Shown in pieces: positions 49,059 to 59,467 of a stretch of 64,000 bases of DNA. Positions within the stretch are counted from its first letter, which is position 1. Every line of letters starts with the position of its first letter. Under the pieces are notes generated by a model. That model saw nothing but the letters and a program-made list of their open reading frames with translations, searched no databases and had not been told where the DNA came from. Origin of the DNA: Patescibacteria group bacterium (lineage in GTDB: Bacteria; Patescibacteriota; Minisyncoccia; Minisyncoccales; Staskawiczbacteraceae); NCBI GenBank assembly GCA_038065715.1, contig JBBTQL010000004.1:35693-99692 (forward strand). The letters are read 5' to 3'. The position numbers were made by a program, and so were the translations under genes.

Positions 49059-50369
49059 ATGAAAAAAGAAGAAAATAATTTAATGGAAAAAATAGTGTCT
49101 TTATGTAAAAGAAGAGGGTTTGTATTTCCTGGTTCTGAAATTTATGGAGGCATGGCAAACAGTTATGATTACGGCCCTTTGGGCGCCGAAGTTTTTAATA
49201 ATATACGTAATTTATGGTGGAAAAAATTTGTGCATGAAAGAGACGACATGGTGGGTGTAAGGGGACCCATTATAATGAATTCAAAAGTTTGGGAAGCTTC
49301 CGGACATATTAAAAATTTTACAGACCCCTTGGTTGAATGCAAAATTTGCCATACAAGATTACGTTCAGATAAGACAATGGAAATTAAAGAACATGAAAAA
49401 TCGCATAAAGAAAAAGTTGAGTGGGCAGATCCTAAAAATTTTAATTTGCTATTTAAAACGTTTATAGGGGCAACAGAAGATAAAACATCCGAAGTTTATT
49501 TACGCGGAGAAACTGCGCAAACCATGTTTACAGATTTTAAGCTTGTTATGGATTCTATGAGGCGCAAACTTCCCTTTGGAATTGCGCAAATAGGCAGGTC
49601 GTTTAGAAATGAAATTACCACTGGAAATTTCATTTTCAGAATGAAAGAGTTTACCATTGCCGAATTTGAATATTTCGTAAAACCAGAAAGTGATGATAAA
49701 TCTTTTTCTGAACTTTTAGATTATCAGCAAGATTTTTTTATAAATAGTTTAGGCATTAAAAAGGAAAACATAAAAACTGTTGAGTTGTCAAAAGACGAAT
49801 TAGCTCATTATTCAAAACGAACAGTTGATACGTATTTTAATTTTCCTTTTGGATGGGACGAGGTTGCTGGAATAGCAAATCGCGTAGATTACGATTTAAA
49901 AAATCATATTGCGTTATCTGGCGAAAATCTTTCATATAAAGATGAAGAAACAAAAGAGGAATTCGTTCCCTATGTGATAGAGCCGACTTTTGGTTTAGAC
50001 AGATTATTGCTAGCCGTATTAACTGATGCATATAAAGAAGAAGCAAACAGGGTTGTTTTGAAATTAAAGCCGAGTTTGGCGCCATATAAGGCTGCTGTGT
50101 TTCCGCTTTTAAAAAACAAGCCAGAGTTAGTTAAAAAAGCAAAAGAAATTTACAACGTATTAAGAAAGGAATTTAATATTGCTTTTGACGACAGGGGAAA
50201 TATAGGCAAGCGTTATTATAGCCAAGACGAAATTGGCACGCCCTATTGCATTACTATTGATTTTGACACATTAAAAGATGATACAGTAACCGTCCGCGAC
50301 CGCGACACAATGAAACAAGAAAGAGTAAAAATTCCCGATTTAATAAAAAAAATATCAGAATTTTTATAA
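49059..50369 (+). CDS. glyQS: Glycine--tRNA ligase (dimeric class II)
   Basis: 436 aa with RRGFVFPGSEIYGG and FRNEITTGNFIFRMKEFTIAEFEYF. Confidence 0.9.
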   Translation: MKKEENNLMEKIVSLCKRRGFVFPGSEIYGGMANSYDYGPLGAEVFNNIRNLWWKKFVHERDDMVGVRGPIIMNSKVWEASGHIKNFTDPLVECKICHTRLRSDKTMEIKEHEKSHKEKVEWADPKNFNLLFKTFIGATEDKTSEVYLRGETAQTMFTDFKLVMDSMRRKLPFGIAQIGRSFRNEITTGNFIFRMKEFTIAEFEYFVKPESDDKSFSELLDYQQDFFINSLGIKKENIKTVELSKDELAHYSKRTVDTYFNFPFGWDEVAGIANRVDYDLKNHIALSGENLSYKDEETKEEFVPYVIEPTFGLDRLLLAVLTDAYKEEANRVVLKLKPSLAPYKAAVFPLLKNKPELVKKAKEIYNVLRKEFNIAFDDRGNIGKRYYSQDEIGTPYCITIDFDTLKDDTVTVRDRDTMKQERVKIPDLIKKISEFL

Positions 50370-50374
50370 AAATA

Positions 50375-51361
50375 ATGGAAGGAGAAAAAAGAGAATCAGA
50401 AAAAATACCAGAACAAAAAATTAATATTCCTCAAAATGAGGGTAAAATTTTAGGAATTAACTCAGAAACCACAAAAGAAAGGGAGGCTGAAGAACAAGTG
50501 GAAATTAAAGAATTAAAAAAAGAAATTGAGAAATCATTTACTGACGAAAATCCTAATACAACAGAAAAATCGGTCAATTCTCCAGAAAAAGAATTTGAAG
50601 AAAAATCAGCGCAAGGAAAGAATGAAAGTATTGCTAAAAAATTTGGCGTCTTCATTGGGAAATCATTGAGCTGGATGTTCGGTTCATTAGAAAGCAGAGT
50701 TAAAAATTTTGATGTTGAACTTTCAGGGTCTGAAAATTTAAGAGAGTTAGAGGGTAGACCGTATATATTAGCGGCTAACCATATTAAACCAAAAAACATT
50801 CTAATGCAGGCAATAGGGTTGTCTCCCGATTCTTTTGTAATTAGAAGAGTCGTTCAGGAAGAAACCCAGCGGATGCCCCATGTCATTGCAAATGTATCAA
50901 GCAAGATAAGAAAAATTCCGATTTTTGGGCAAATAGATAAGATATGGTCTCCATTTCGAGAGGGAATAATGCAGGGAGCAGGTTTTATCCCTGTAAAAAT
51001 GAGGAGAGGAGGAGAATCGACAGGATTTAATCGTAATTTCATCGAAAGGTTTCGAGAGGTAGTAGACAAAAAAGAACCGGTTATTATTTTTCCTCAAGGC
51101 CATTGGGATAAAGATTTTAATCCCGAGAGAGAATTTGAAACTGGGACAGCTACGCTTGCTAGGAACTATGGCTTGCCGATAGCACCGGTTTACATTCAAG
51201 GATGTCAATCATGGTCACCAAAGGGAAGAGCGTCGGTTAGTATTGGTCAAATTATTGATCCTGCTGAAAAAAATAAAGAAGAGATAACGGATGAAATTAA
51301 AAAAAGCATAATCTGCATGAAAGAAGTTAAAGCAGGCAGTAATGACACAACAAAAAAATGA
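50375..51361 (+). CDS. Acyltransferase (PlsC/LPLAT-like), divergent
   Basis: The C-terminal 200 aa resemble lysophospholipid acyltransferases (ILAANHIKP..., IIFPQGHW). The N-terminus is E/K-rich. Confidence 0.5.
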   Translation: MEGEKRESEKIPEQKINIPQNEGKILGINSETTKEREAEEQVEIKELKKEIEKSFTDENPNTTEKSVNSPEKEFEEKSAQGKNESIAKKFGVFIGKSLSWMFGSLESRVKNFDVELSGSENLRELEGRPYILAANHIKPKNILMQAIGLSPDSFVIRRVVQEETQRMPHVIANVSSKIRKIPIFGQIDKIWSPFREGIMQGAGFIPVKMRRGGESTGFNRNFIERFREVVDKKEPVIIFPQGHWDKDFNPEREFETGTATLARNYGLPIAPVYIQGCQSWSPKGRASVSIGQIIDPAEKNKEEITDEIKKSIICMKEVKAGSNDTTKK

Positions 51362-51921
51362 GCAGGTTTTTTAGAAACATAATACACAAAATAAAAAATA
51401 AAGGAGCAAAAGATAGGATTAAAAAGATTAGGCCATATTTAAACAAAAAAGATAAAATTTTAGATATTGGGGCCGGTTCTTGCATTGTTTGCGAAGCACT
51501 GCGAGAAGAAGGTTATCATATTACGCCGATCGATATTAAAAACTCGAGTTTTGCTAAGGATATCAAGCCGATTATATATGGCGGTGTAAAAATACCGTTT
51601 AAGAGAGATGAATTTAATACAGCTTTAATTTTAACGGTTTTGCATCATACGCCTTCTCCCAGAAAAATTTTAGAAGAAGCTAAAAGAATATCAAGGGTAA
51701 TTATTATTATAGAAGATATTTATACAAATATATTTAATAAGTATATGACCTATTTTATTGACAACCTGCTTAATTTAGAATTTATTGGTTGTTATCATAC
51801 AAATAAAAATGACAGAGAATGGAAAAAAATATTCGATAAAATGAATTTGAAATTGCTTGACACTAAATACTATAAATCCTTTTTCAGAGTTAAGCGTGCG
51901 GTATATTATCTTAAAAAATAA
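51358..51921 (+). CDS. Class I SAM-dependent methyltransferase
   Basis: ILDIGAGSCIV motif I. Confidence 0.7.
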   Translation: MSRFFRNIIHKIKNKGAKDRIKKIRPYLNKKDKILDIGAGSCIVCEALREEGYHITPIDIKNSSFAKDIKPIIYGGVKIPFKRDEFNTALILTVLHHTPSPRKILEEAKRISRVIIIIEDIYTNIFNKYMTYFIDNLLNLEFIGCYHTNKNDREWKKIFDKMNLKLLDTKYYKSFFRVKRAVYYLKK

Positions 51922-51951
51922 TCTTTTACAGGAAAATAACGACATCGGCTA

Positions 51952-52821
51952 ATGAAATTTTTGATAAATCTTTTCAAGCTTACAAGACCACTAAGCAATG
52001 TAAAAAACATTGCAATAGTTGTCCTAGCTTTTTATTTTTCAAAAAAGGGATTTGATTTATGGCTGTTTTCAGGTTCTCTGATTTCTTTATCGTTGGTCTG
52101 CTCGGCTTTTTATGCCTATAACACTTTATCTGACTTTGATTTAGATAAAGATAATAAAAATAAAAAGCATTATCTGGAGGCGGTTAATTATTTTGGAAAA
52201 AATAAAAGTTTTATTATTTTTATAACTCTTTTAATTGCGGGGCTGTTCATCGGATATTTTATAAATTTATACTTTTTTATATTTTTATTGCTTTTAGCTT
52301 TAACCGATTTTTCATACTCTTTTAAGTATACTCGGTTTAAAGAAAAATTTATTTTAGATATATTGTTTGGCGCTTCTTTTACTTTTTTATTCAGATTTCT
52401 TGCTTTTTGGTTTGTTTTTTCGTCTGCCTTTCCGCCATTGTTGGTTGTGGCAGGATTGGTTTTTGCCAAAAGCGGAGGATATTTTTTGTATAAATCATTG
52501 GATTATCAGTATTTACTAAAAGAAAACATAAAAAATTCAATAACAATTTTAAATCAAAAAACAAAAATTATTGTTTCTATTTTATTTTGGGTTATTGCCC
52601 TCATTTCTTTTATATTTTTGTGCTTTAATTCTTATTTTAAAATCGGATTGATTGGAGAGCTTCCTTTTAAGTTTTTGTTTTTAGGGCTACTTGCAGTTCC
52701 TCCACTTGCTGTAATTTATCTTTCAGTTTTCGGAAAGATTAAAATAAAAATTAAAAATTTAAGAACTGCAGGATACATTTATTGGGCGGCAGTTTTGGCC
52801 ACTACCTTAACTTTTATATGA
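51952..52821 (+). CDS. UbiA-family prenyltransferase
   Basis: Polytopic, with the NTLSDFDLDKDN Asp-rich motif. Confidence 0.65.
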   Translation: MKFLINLFKLTRPLSNVKNIAIVVLAFYFSKKGFDLWLFSGSLISLSLVCSAFYAYNTLSDFDLDKDNKNKKHYLEAVNYFGKNKSFIIFITLLIAGLFIGYFINLYFFIFLLLLALTDFSYSFKYTRFKEKFILDILFGASFTFLFRFLAFWFVFSSAFPPLLVVAGLVFAKSGGYFLYKSLDYQYLLKENIKNSITILNQKTKIIVSILFWVIALISFIFLCFNSYFKIGLIGELPFKFLFLGLLAVPPLAVIYLSVFGKIKIKIKNLRTAGYIYWAAVLATTLTFI

Positions 52822-53330
52822 AAAAAGGATTTATTAGAAATTTATTGCCTGACCATAGGTTTGAAAAAATTATAGATATTATGTCGGATTTTTTTTCAGG
52901 CAGTCAGCTTGTTATTTTTGATTTGGATAATACGCTGGTTTTTTCTGAAAAAACAGAATCGACAAAAGAAATTATTAATTGGATAGCTTCTATTAAAAAC
53001 AGATACAAGTGCGTATGTATATCCAACAGCAGAACTGCCAAAGATAGAGCTCAGAAAATTTCAAAAGCGCTTGACATTGATATTTTTTTAAGCAAAGAAA
53101 AAAAGCCATCAAAAAAGTTATTTGAGGAAATCAAAAAAAAATATAATTTAGGAAATGGCAAAATATTTGTTGTTGGCGACAGAGTTTTTACAGATATTTT
53201 GTTTGGCAATTTAAATGGGGCGGCAACTGTCTTAATAAAACCTTTAAGCAGGAAAGAAAATATTTTAATTAAAATTATAAGGAAAATTGAAAACGCAATT
53301 CTTTTTTTAGTCAATTTAATATATACTTAA
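52818..53330 (+). CDS. HAD-superfamily phosphatase (YqeG-like)
   Basis: VIFDLDNTLV motif I and VGDRVFTDI motif IV. ATGA overlap with the upstream stop. Confidence 0.75.
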   Translation: MKKGFIRNLLPDHRFEKIIDIMSDFFSGSQLVIFDLDNTLVFSEKTESTKEIINWIASIKNRYKCVCISNSRTAKDRAQKISKALDIDIFLSKEKKPSKKLFEEIKKKYNLGNGKIFVVGDRVFTDILFGNLNGAATVLIKPLSRKENILIKIIRKIENAILFLVNLIYT

Positions 53331-53335
53331 AATAT

Positions 53336-54607
53336 ATGTATAAAAAAACAACATTAAAAAACGGATTAAGGGTGATAACAATTCCAATGGAAAACGCCAA
53401 TAGTGTTACTGTTTTAATCTTGGTTGGCACAGGTTCAAAATATGAAACAAAAGACATAAACGGCATTTCTCATTTTTTAGAACATATGTTTTTTAAAGGC
53501 ACTGAAAAAAGGCCAACCACTTTAAAAATTGCCGAAACCTTAGATATGGTTGGCGGCGAATATAATGCTTTCACATCAAAAGAAATTACTGGATTTTGGG
53601 CTAAAGTAGATAAAAAACACACAGATGTTGCTTTAGACTGGATATCTGATATGTTTTTAAATTCTAAATTTGACGAAAAAGAAATAGAAAGAGAAAAAGG
53701 AGTAATAATAGAAGAGGTAAATATGTATTTAGACACCCCAATGGCCTATGTTGGAGAATTATGGGAAGATTTGCTTTACAAAGACCAGCCGGCCGGCTGG
53801 CGGGTTATAGGCGAAAAAGAAAACATACTGAACTTTAACAGAAAAAAAATTATAAATTATTATAAAAATCATTATTCGCCAAAAAATACAATAATTTGCG
53901 TGTCGGGAGGCATTGAGCAAGATAAAATTGCATCAAAAATACAGAGTTATTTTTCCCCCTTCGGGGGATCCGCCGTAGGCGGAAAAGTTAAAGTAAAAGA
54001 ATACCAAAAAGAGCCTGAAATATTGTTTCACCATAAAAAAACAGACCAGACCCATTTTTGTTTAGGGGTAAGGGCATACGATATGTTTCATCAGCAAAAA
54101 TATGCTTTGGTTTTACTGGCTATTATTTTGGGGGGAAACATGAGCTCGCGTCTTTTTATTAAAGTAAGGGAAAGAAGCGGTTTGGCTTATTCTATTCACA
54201 CATCTGTTGACGCTTCTACTGACACCGGATATTTGGTCACGCAAGCTGGAATTGACCATAAAAATTTAGAAAAATCAGTAAAGCTTATTTTACAGGAATA
54301 TAAAAACATTAAAGATACAAAAATTACAGAAAGAGAATTGCAAAAGGCAAAAGATTATTTAAAGGGAACTATGTCTTTGTCTTTAGATTCGTCAGACAGC
54401 CAAGCTTCTTTTTATGCCGTGCAAGAATTGCTTGAAAAGGAAGTTTTATCTCCTGAAGAAAAGTTTAAAAAAATTGACACAGTTTCTGTAAATGATATAA
54501 AAAAGGTAGCAGAGGATATATTTTTACCAGAAAAGTTGAATTTGGCAGTTATCGGCCCGTTTGAAGAAAATAAAAAAGAAGAGTTTAAAAAAATACTAAA
54601 AATATGA
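53336..54607 (+). CDS. M16-family zinc peptidase
   Basis: HFLEHMFFKGT (HxxEH). In-frame double tetraloop-hairpin insert at 53955-53983. Confidence 0.9.
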   Translation: MYKKTTLKNGLRVITIPMENANSVTVLILVGTGSKYETKDINGISHFLEHMFFKGTEKRPTTLKIAETLDMVGGEYNAFTSKEITGFWAKVDKKHTDVALDWISDMFLNSKFDEKEIEREKGVIIEEVNMYLDTPMAYVGELWEDLLYKDQPAGWRVIGEKENILNFNRKKIINYYKNHYSPKNTIICVSGGIEQDKIASKIQSYFSPFGGSAVGGKVKVKEYQKEPEILFHHKKTDQTHFCLGVRAYDMFHQQKYALVLLAIILGGNMSSRLFIKVRERSGLAYSIHTSVDASTDTGYLVTQAGIDHKNLEKSVKLILQEYKNIKDTKITERELQKAKDYLKGTMSLSLDSSDSQASFYAVQELLEKEVLSPEEKFKKIDTVSVNDIKKVAEDIFLPEKLNLAVIGPFEENKKEEFKKILKI

Positions 54608-55635
54608 GCCAAAGCCAAACATTGGACATTTCTTGGGAAGCTATAATAAAAATATTTATAGCAATTTTTGTTTTATATATGATTTATTTGGCGCGGAATA
54701 TCGTCCTTTGGTTTTTCTTTGGGCTGGCAATATCTGTTTTATTGGATCCTGCAATTAATTTTTTAAGAAAGCTATGGATACCTAAAATGCTGGCAATAGT
54801 TGTGATTTATTTTTCTATTTTTGGATTATTAGGAATTTTAATTTATTTAATGGCGCCTCTTTTTATAAGCGAGTTAAAGCAATTTTCCAGTTATTTGCCT
54901 GATTATTTTAATCAAATAAATCCGGTTTTGCAAAAATTCGGGATAGATGCCGCCCAAAGCTTTAACGAATTTATCGGTTCGCTGGTAGGCGGGTTAGAGC
55001 AAAGTTCAAGGGGAGTGATGGACGCATTATTCACATTCTTTGGAGGGTTATCTTCAACTGTTATTATTTTAACAATAGCCTTTTTTCTATCGCTGGAAGA
55101 CAGGGGCCCAGAAAAGTTTTTGGCGCTGGTTTCGCCTAAAAAATACCAGGATAAAATTGTTTTATTTTTTGAAAAAGCCCAGACTAAGGTTGCAGGATGG
55201 TTTGGCGCAAGGATAATTGCCTGTCTTTTTGTGGGAGCAGCATCTTTTATAGTATTTTATATTTTTAACATAAAATACGCCTTTTTATTGGCATTAATTG
55301 CCGGTATTTTTAATTTTGTTCCATATATAGGACCGTTAATAACCGCTATTTTGCTGATTGTATTTGTTTTTGTTTCTGCCGGATCTTGGCTTATTACAAT
55401 GTATATTTTGCTGGCTATTTGGGTTGTTCAGATAATAGAAAATAATATTTTAACTCCTTTTTTAATGAAAAAAATGATAGACATTCCGCCAGTTTTAGTT
55501 TTAATATCTTTGCTGTTTGGAGCCAAAGTTTTTGGTTTTTTGGGGACTATATTTGTAGTGCCAGTTTTTGGAATTATATATGAATTTACAAAAGAGATGC
55601 TGGAAAAGAGAAAAGAAGAAACGTTTTCTGATTAA
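54604..55635 (+). CDS. AI-2E family transporter (PerM-like)
   Basis: 343 aa with about 8 TM helices and a family-typical C-terminal region. Confidence 0.8.
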   Translation: MSQSQTLDISWEAIIKIFIAIFVLYMIYLARNIVLWFFFGLAISVLLDPAINFLRKLWIPKMLAIVVIYFSIFGLLGILIYLMAPLFISELKQFSSYLPDYFNQINPVLQKFGIDAAQSFNEFIGSLVGGLEQSSRGVMDALFTFFGGLSSTVIILTIAFFLSLEDRGPEKFLALVSPKKYQDKIVLFFEKAQTKVAGWFGARIIACLFVGAASFIVFYIFNIKYAFLLALIAGIFNFVPYIGPLITAILLIVFVFVSAGSWLITMYILLAIWVVQIIENNILTPFLMKKMIDIPPVLVLISLLFGAKVFGFLGTIFVVPVFGIIYEFTKEMLEKRKEETFSD

Positions 55636-56078
55636 AATTTTAATAAAATAACAGAAATAATAATTATTATAATCTGGCTTGAAATTCTCCATAAGTTGGA
55701 GATTTTTTTGTGTTTTAGAAAATGGTTTTTTTCGTGAAAATTACTATGAATTTGCAATAATCTGTTTCTAAAAATCATATTTAAAATATTAAGTATGTCG
55801 GGCAGGACGGCAAAAAAAGCCACTATAAAAATTATTGGCTGGCTGTTTGAAAATATTAAAATAAGAAGTATTCCAAGAGAAAAATCCAGGAATACTCTTA
55901 AAAAATCCGGGAAAGCTTTAAGCCATTGCCTATTTTTAATATTTTCAATAGGATATTCAATATGGGGAATAGCATCTAAAATATAATGGCTTAAAAAGCT
56001 TAAAGTTATTGATAGTGGAATATATTTTATTTTAGAAGCAATAACAGCCCCTAAAAGCAGGTGCGCAATTAAAATCAT
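55632..56078 (-). CDS. Membrane protein, possibly a YdjM/DUF457-like metal-dependent hydrolase
   Basis: 148 aa, 4 TM helices, His-rich loops. Confidence 0.35.
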   Translation of the reverse strand: MILIAHLLLGAVIASKIKYIPLSITLSFLSHYILDAIPHIEYPIENIKNRQWLKAFPDFLRVFLDFSLGILLILIFSNSQPIIFIVAFFAVLPDILNILNMIFRNRLLQIHSNFHEKNHFLKHKKISNLWRISSQIIIIIISVILLKF

Positions 56079-56135
56079 ATGAAATTTAATAAAAAAATGA
56101 TAAAATCAACTTAAACCAATTAGACCTATTATACT

Positions 56136-57569
56136 ATGTTTGGCAAAAAGAAAAAGTTTTATATAACGACAACTTTGCCCTATGTTAATGCCGACCCGCA
56201 TCTCGGCCATATTTTAGAATTTGCGCAAGCAGATGTGGCTGCGCGATATCATAAGTTATTAGGCTATGATGTATTTTTTAATACAGGCGTTGACGAGCAC
56301 GGATTAAAAATTTATCAAAAAGCGCAGGAAAGAAAATTAGATCCGCAGGAATATTGCGATATTTATGCTAAAAAATTTGATAATTTAAAAAGCGCGTTTA
56401 ATCTAAGCTATAATAGTTTTATTAGAACCACAGACGAACATCACATTAAAGCCGCGCAAGAATTTTGGCGACGATGCCAAAAGAACGGGGATATTTATAA
56501 AAAAATATATAAAATAAAATATTGCATCGGCTGCGAATTAGGAAAAACTGAATCAGAAATAGTTGGCGGCAAATGCCCCATACACCCAAATTTAGAAATA
56601 GAAATTATTGAAGAAGAAAATTATTTTTTTAAGTATTCAAAATATCAAAAATCACTTTTAAATTTTTATAAAAAAAATGCAGATTTTGTTGTTCCAGAAT
56701 CAAGATTTAACGAAATAAAAGAATTTACTAAAAGAGGTTTGGAAGATTTTAGCATATCCAGACTAAAAGAAAAAATGCCATGGGGCGTTCCAGTTCCCGA
56801 TGATAACAATCATATTATGTATGTTTGGTTTGATGCCCTTGTAAATTATATTTCTGCTTTAGGCTGGCCTGAAAATTCAAAACAATTTAAAGATTTCTGG
56901 CCAGGACTCCAAATAGCAGGAAAAGACAATCTTCGCCAGCAGTCTTCAATGTGGCAAGCTATGCTTATGTCTGCTGGACTGCCAAATTCAAAACAGATTT
57001 TTATTCATGGATTCATTACGGTAAATGGGCAAAAAATGTCAAAGAGCTTGGGAAATGTAATTGACCCGTTTGAGTTAGTAAAAAAATATGGAACAGATGC
57101 CGCGCGTTATTATTTATTGAGAGAGATTTCTCCAACAGAAGACGGCGATTTTACTTATGAAAAATTTGAGCGAAGATATAATTCAGATTTAGCTGGAGGA
57201 ATAGGAAATTTAGTTGCAAGAACAATGGCTCTGTTTTTAAAACTGAATATAAAGACAAAAAAACCAAGCTTGTTTATAAAAAAGGCAGTAGAAAAGGCCA
57301 ATAAAGATTGTTTTGGCTTTTTAGAAAATTACAAATTCAGCGATTCATTAAAATCAATTTGGGAGCTTATTTCTTTTTGCGACAAATATATAAATAATGA
57401 AAAGCCGTGGGAAAACAATGGCAGTTCTTTGCAAGTTATTTCAGATGTAATTTTTGCTTTGGAAAATATTGTAGAATTATTGAGTCCATTTTTGCCAGAA
57501 ACATCAGAGAAGATTAAAAAAATAATTAAAGCCGGAAAAAATTCAGAAATTCTATTTCTAAGGATTTAA
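56136..57569 (+). CDS. metG: Methionine--tRNA ligase
   Basis: PYVNADPHLGH (HIGH) and KMSKSLGN. Confidence 0.95.
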   Translation: MFGKKKKFYITTTLPYVNADPHLGHILEFAQADVAARYHKLLGYDVFFNTGVDEHGLKIYQKAQERKLDPQEYCDIYAKKFDNLKSAFNLSYNSFIRTTDEHHIKAAQEFWRRCQKNGDIYKKIYKIKYCIGCELGKTESEIVGGKCPIHPNLEIEIIEEENYFFKYSKYQKSLLNFYKKNADFVVPESRFNEIKEFTKRGLEDFSISRLKEKMPWGVPVPDDNNHIMYVWFDALVNYISALGWPENSKQFKDFWPGLQIAGKDNLRQQSSMWQAMLMSAGLPNSKQIFIHGFITVNGQKMSKSLGNVIDPFELVKKYGTDAARYYLLREISPTEDGDFTYEKFERRYNSDLAGGIGNLVARTMALFLKLNIKTKKPSLFIKKAVEKANKDCFGFLENYKFSDSLKSIWELISFCDKYINNEKPWENNGSSLQVISDVIFALENIVELLSPFLPETSEKIKKIIKAGKNSEILFLRI

Positions 57570-57600
57570 AGGTGTTTTTTAGTTGTACTTGTTGACGCTA

Positions 57601-57629
57601 TTGACTTTATTTTAGCATTATGATATCAT
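57601..57629 (+). promoter_or_regulatory. Promoter of csrA
   Basis: TTGACT, 17 nt (..CATTATGA), then TATCAT, with a TG-extended -10. Confidence 0.55.
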
Positions 57630-57698
57630 AAAAGTAACTCTTTATTTCAGTCAAGATGACCGAAAAGAGTTAGACCCCCCCAGAAAGGAGAGTGCAAG

Positions 57699-57953
57699 AT
57701 GCTGGTTTTGTCCCGCAAGAAGAACGAGAGCATTGTCATCAACGACGATATCACGATTGTCGTGATAGAAATCCGCGGCGACAAGGTTCGCCTCGGCATT
57801 GATGCGCCAAAAGAGGTGCCTGTCCACCGGCGCGAAGTGTTTGACGCGATACGTCGCGATGATGCTTCAGCAGCTAGTACGGGGATTAAAACCTCCGAGA
57901 CCCCCGATAATCTGGAGGATCCCGCCGAGGAAAGCCCTCAAGACCCAGGTTAA
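57699..57953 (+). CDS. csrA: Carbon storage regulator CsrA, GC-rich island
   Basis: MLVLSRKKNESIVINDDITIVVIEIRGDKVRLGIDAPKEVPVHRREVF, plus an acidic, Pro-rich tail. RBS AAAGGAGAG. Confidence 0.85.
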   Translation: MLVLSRKKNESIVINDDITIVVIEIRGDKVRLGIDAPKEVPVHRREVFDAIRRDDASAASTGIKTSETPDNLEDPAEESPQDPG

Positions 57954-57988
57954 TTCTTGGGAACACAGCACAAGGCGCGAAAGCGCAT

Positions 57989-58018
57989 AACGGATAACCG
58001 CTGGTTATCCGTTTTTTT
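57989..58018 (+). terminator. Intrinsic terminator
   Basis: AACGGATAACC-GCT-GGTTATCCGTT followed by a T-run. Confidence 0.9.
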
Positions 58019-58036
58019 ATTTGTTATTATAAAAAC

Positions 58037-58945
58037 ATGATTATTGATACACATTCTCATTTAAGTTTTAAGGCATATGATAGCGATAGAGATGAGGTTA
58101 TAAAACGCACTCAAAAAGAGGGTGTTGTTTGTATTGATGTTGGCACAAAATATGAAACAAGCAAAAGGGCAGTTGAATTAGCAGAAAAATATGAAAATAT
58201 ATATGCAGCCGTTGGAATGCATCCAATTCATATAAAAACAGATTTATTAAAATTAAAATTAGACAAAGAAGAGGGCGCATTTGCTCCGCTTGGCGAAGAG
58301 TTTGATAAAGCGAAATACAGAGAACTTGTTATAAATAGTGAAAAAAAAGCCGAAGGTCCTAACTCGAGAAGGACCGAAGGCTCTGAGGAGCTAAAGCGAC
58401 GAAGAGTGGTAGCGGTTGGTGAAATTGGATTAGACTATTATTATAAGCCAAAAGGAACAGCTAAAAAAGAACAATTTAAAGAAAAACAAAAACAAGTTTT
58501 TTTACAGCAATTAGAATTGGCAGAAGAATTAAATTTACCGGTAATTGTTCATTGCAGAATGGCGCATCAGGATGTTATAGAAATTTTGAAAAATAAAAAT
58601 GTTGAAGGAGTTATTCATTGTTTCACAGGAAATTGGGAAGAAGCGCAAAAATATATAGATTTAGGATTTTATATTGGCTTAAACGGAATTATTTTTTCTG
58701 CCCTAGGCAGACCCGCCTCGGGCGGGAAATTACCGCTAGATGATGTTGTTACGCAGTGTCCCCTAGATAAAATTTTAACAGAAACAGATTGCCCATATTT
58801 AACACCCTTGCAGGAAAACGGAAAAAGAAACGAACCGATTTTTGTAAAACACGTTATTCAAAAAATCGCTGACTTAAAAAGTGTTAGTTTCGCCGAAGTT
58901 GCCGACAAAACTACCCAAAACGCCAAAAAATTATTTAATATTTAA
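58037..58945 (+). CDS. tatD: TatD-family metal-dependent hydrolase
   Basis: MIIDTHSHL; 302 aa. Inflated by GC-rich inserts at about 58343-58400 and 58712-58726. Confidence 0.9.
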   Translation: MIIDTHSHLSFKAYDSDRDEVIKRTQKEGVVCIDVGTKYETSKRAVELAEKYENIYAAVGMHPIHIKTDLLKLKLDKEEGAFAPLGEEFDKAKYRELVINSEKKAEGPNSRRTEGSEELKRRRVVAVGEIGLDYYYKPKGTAKKEQFKEKQKQVFLQQLELAEELNLPVIVHCRMAHQDVIEILKNKNVEGVIHCFTGNWEEAQKYIDLGFYIGLNGIIFSALGRPASGGKLPLDDVVTQCPLDKILTETDCPYLTPLQENGKRNEPIFVKHVIQKIADLKSVSFAEVADKTTQNAKKLFNI

Positions 58946-58948
58946 AAC

Positions 58949-58987
58949 AAAAAAAGACCGCCCTTAGACTTTGCTCAAGGCGGTTTT
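58949..58987. terminator. Bidirectional terminator hairpin (family B-like loop)
   Basis: AAAAAAGACCGCC-CTTAGACTTTGCTCAA-GGCGGTTTTT. Confidence 0.7.
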
Positions 58988-58998
58988 TGATTCGGAGA

Positions 58999-59337
58999 TC
59001 AACGGTCCACAATGCGCGTAACACACCATTCTTTCAAAACATCTTCTGACACACTATAAACAATGGTGTATACCGTTTTTCCGTGTTCATCTTTTGATGT
59101 TAGCACGGCCATGTTTTTTTTGAAGTCGGCGAAGTATAAGTTGTATGTTACACCTGCTTTGATCATCTCGCCTTCGGAAACAGGATTTTGAGATTTGACC
59201 ATTTCCATGATTGTCAAAGAAAGTTGGTCAATTTGACGCTGTTGGTCAATAAATTGTCCCATAAGAGTGACATAAACAATCGTCACAGTTACAAGAAAAA
59301 CACCAAAATGTGTTGGGGCAGTAAGAATTCTTTTCAT
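58999..59337 (-). CDS. GC-richer small membrane-anchored hypothetical protein
   Basis: 112 aa with an N-terminal TM helix. RBS GGAGGTG, its own promoter and a leader hairpin. Confidence 0.55.
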   Translation of the reverse strand: MKRILTAPTHFGVFLVTVTIVYVTLMGQFIDQQRQIDQLSLTIMEMVKSQNPVSEGEMIKAGVTYNLYFADFKKNMAVLTSKDEHGKTVYTIVYSVSEDVLKEWCVTRIVDR

Positions 59338-59404
59338 TTCACACCTCCGATGGTTGAAAACCTTGTTTAAAGAGGCGAAATGCCTCTTTGTTTGTGCTGG
59401 TTGA

Positions 59405-59433
59405 AGATTATCATATTATTATATTAATGTCAA
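59405..59433 (-). promoter_or_regulatory. Sigma-70-like promoter with TG-extended -10
   Basis: On the minus strand: TTGACA, 17 nt (..AATATGA), then TAATCT. Confidence 0.55.
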
Positions 59434-59467
59434 GATTTACCAGATCAAATAATTCTGTTATTATTAT

